Below are positions 61,701 through 64,000 of a stretch of DNA of 64,000 nt, piece after piece. Source of the stretch: Trichoplax adhaerens (Eukaryota > Animalia > Placozoa). Under the pieces are notes generated by a model that was given only the letters and a program-made list of their open reading frames with translations, ran no database searches and had not been told where the DNA came from. Position 1 is the first letter of the stretch. The number at the start of each line of letters is the position of its first letter. The stretch covers positions 587,379 to 651,378 of the forward strand of contig NW_002060956.1 of the NCBI RefSeq assembly GCF_000150275.1. Direction: 5' to 3'. The translations under genes and the position numbers were made by a program.

Positions 61701-63215
61701 GTAATACAGTAGTACAGTACAGTCAGTAGAGTACGCACTGTCGTGTGAGATGTTGATGACAACAACCATACAGTACTGTACAGTTCATTCCGCTCATTGT
61801 GGTAGACAGAGAGAGTGAACGCACCCCAATATTCATTGTACCCCATTGGTTAATAATCATCGACGTCATGGCATTGCTGACACCACAGTAGTATCGCACA
61901 GGAGGACGACAGTAGCTACATACAGTACGACAGTCATTGTCGCTGACGTGAGTATTGGACTTTGTACAGCGAGTGTGAAACAAGCGGCAAGCTATTACTA
62001 CCCAATACCGACGGTAATTACTAGCGAAAACACTCATTCGTGTTTGTCGACGTTGATAGGCGACAACACCTTTCGTTGCCTAACGTTGAAGAAGAAATCA
62101 ACTGTTGAACGTTCAATTAGTTAATACCCAAAGTGAATCTTTGCCCTTTTCAGTCGATGTGGTTGTACTCTACTGTTGTACATACTGCAAATAAGATTGG
62201 TCAAGCGAGAGAGTAGACTGTCAACAGCATAAAACCAAGGCGATTACAGTACAAGACTCGTCTAATAAGTAGAATTACAATCATTATAACTGGACACACA
62301 TCTCTAAATGTGTCCTTGTTCAGGAAAGAGTCCATTGAAGAAAATACACCACAATTTGTAAACAACATTATTGGTGAGTCATTGCTTGTTCTCTTCTTAA
62401 CAAATTATCATGATATCATGCATGGCGATTCTGTGTATTAGTGTATATAGTTGTTTTGTATTACAACACTCTTCACTTTGTCAATCAATAGCCATGTAGA
62501 ATATTTCATCTTCGGCCAACTTGATAGTCATGATAAGATGGACGACACGGGTTGACGTAAATCTACCAATTTCAATTGATTGACAACGACAGTACTATGG
62601 GACAGCATGTAGAGCATACAGCATAGCTGGAGTCATATGTACATTAACTATCTAGACTCAATTAACTTTATACAGTACGTATGTCTACCACTTTATTTAT
62701 TTATTCTGATTCATAGCAGCTGATGTGCAACGTCATGAATCTCCAGACCCTACTGTACATCAGTAAATCAATATAAATCAACCTAACGCGTATAACGACA
62801 TTATACCTTGAACAAGTAGACGCTACTAGAACAACATTAAATCCATTGAAATACAATCGACACTCATTTCAAGCGTGCATGCATGCTTATATTCATAGTC
62901 AACTTCAGTTGAACTTTTCCAACATTGAGCACGTGGTATGTCATGGACGACAAATGATTTCATTAATAAGCCTATCCGATCATCTTTGATAGCATTAGTT
63001 AGCTGCAGGGTGTAAAACTAAAACCATTCTTTTCGTCCATCTCCTGCTGGATCCACTTGATACTCCAGTGCTGGATTTTGACTTAGTACGATCAATCGAG
63101 CAAGTGTAATAATGCGTAGACCTGTGCAATGTCAATTTCAACGACACCAAATTGGCTGATCAACTTATTTCTATAATTTTTTTTGGTGATAGATCTTCCT
63201 TACTAACAGTCAAAA

Positions 63216-63356
63216 ATGTCTTCATTATGGCAAAACTCAGCCGCGGTTGCGGGTATTGGTGTAGCGGCGGTAGTTTCCGCAGTTTATCTCTCCAAACGTA
63301 GCGCCGCTCCAGAAATACCAGCCATTGATATCAATCATCAATCAGTGGAACTAGAG
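63216..63356 (+). CDS. ACSL: First coding exon of a long-chain fatty acyl-CoA ligase (ACSL1/5/6-like); gene continues beyond the window
   Basis: MSSLWQNSAAVAGIGVAAVVSAVYLSKRSAAPEIPAIDINHQSVELE followed by a GTAAGT donor at 63357. The signal anchor plus P..D...QSVE pattern resembles the ACSL1/5/6 N-terminus (PPCDLSMQSVEV in ACSL1). No catalytic domain lies in the window. Confidence 0.65.
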
Positions 63357-63723
63357 GTAAGTCATTTGTGCTGTACTGCACTGTACTCATTTCGTGTTCT
63401 GTATGAATCGAGTGGCTAGCTTAAGCTTACACAACTCCTTCTCATCGATGCTTTTACTGTCAAGTTCAATAAAATGACAGTTAATTAATGAAAGACAATG
63501 ATCAATGCTCTTATGAACTACTAAATTGGGCAGTTGAATCATACTATACTGGATGGACGATGATAATAATAATCTTATACAGCATTCTGTATAGGTACTA
63601 TTTACTTTTGTTTCGCAAGCTACATTTTTATTTCTAGTCTGATGATTTAGCAAGCAATGCATACTGTACGATGGTGCTGGACCTCTGTTTACTGTTGAAT
63701 TGTTCCATGTGTAAACTACGGTA

Positions 63724-63748
63724 TCTCTCTCTCTCTCTCTCTCTCTCT
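63724..63748. repeat. (TC)n microsatellite in ACSL intron
   Basis: About 12 TC units. Confidence 0.9.
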
Positions 63749-64000
63749 ATAAGTATACACTGCACTCAGTGCTTAATTGCCTACTACGCAGTGACTCACT
63801 GTCATCAGTTGTTAGTAACTTGACCAAATCTTAAAATGAACTATAGGCGAATGTTTGAATTCCTTTTCTTCTACAGTATTTATTAACTCGAGCAAAGTTG
63901 TCTACGTGCTTTCCGCGTCGTCGCGTAATATGTCAGCATTCTTACCGGGAGGAGGCCTGCCACGATGCACAGTTCTGGATAAGGGTGTTATTTATGTCTT

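Noticed and set aside
61664-62124. ORFs of 60-104 aa upstream of ACSL
   Set aside because: No recognisable domain; they overlap GTACW promoter arrays and probable 5' UTR.

Overview
AT-rich, gene-dense, intron-rich animal genomic DNA. It is not prokaryotic. The short (~70-100 bp) GT-AG introns, compact spacing and conserved metazoan genes fit a placozoan (Trichoplax-like) genome, but that assignment is inference. Gene order: tRNA-Pro(CGG)(-), DDX46/Prp5(+), intronless NSMCE2(-) head-to-head with UCP4/SLC25A27(+), NAF1(+), TIMM23(-) preceded by a 1.3-kb higher-order tandem repeat, an ~11-kb gene-poor stretch with a probable decayed LRR gene, TCF/LEF(+) with HMG box and C-clamp, VTI1A(-), intronless BRIX1(-) head-to-head with GTF2H5(+), and the first coding exon of a long-chain acyl-CoA synthetase (ACSL1/5/6-like, +). 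Main observations: (1) TCF-VTI1A-ACSL lie together, as TCF7L2-VTI1A-ACSL5 do in human; (2) candidate TCF + Helper Wnt-response elements lie upstream of TCF itself; (3) arrays of the self-complementary 5-mer (GTACW)n mark almost every housekeeping 5' end but not TCF; (4) a 32-bp near-perfect palindromic insertion has a target-site duplication, and its empty site survives in an adjacent duplicate; (5) a possible spliced small-ORF transcript runs divergent from ACSL. Exons were read by eye and no database searches were run.
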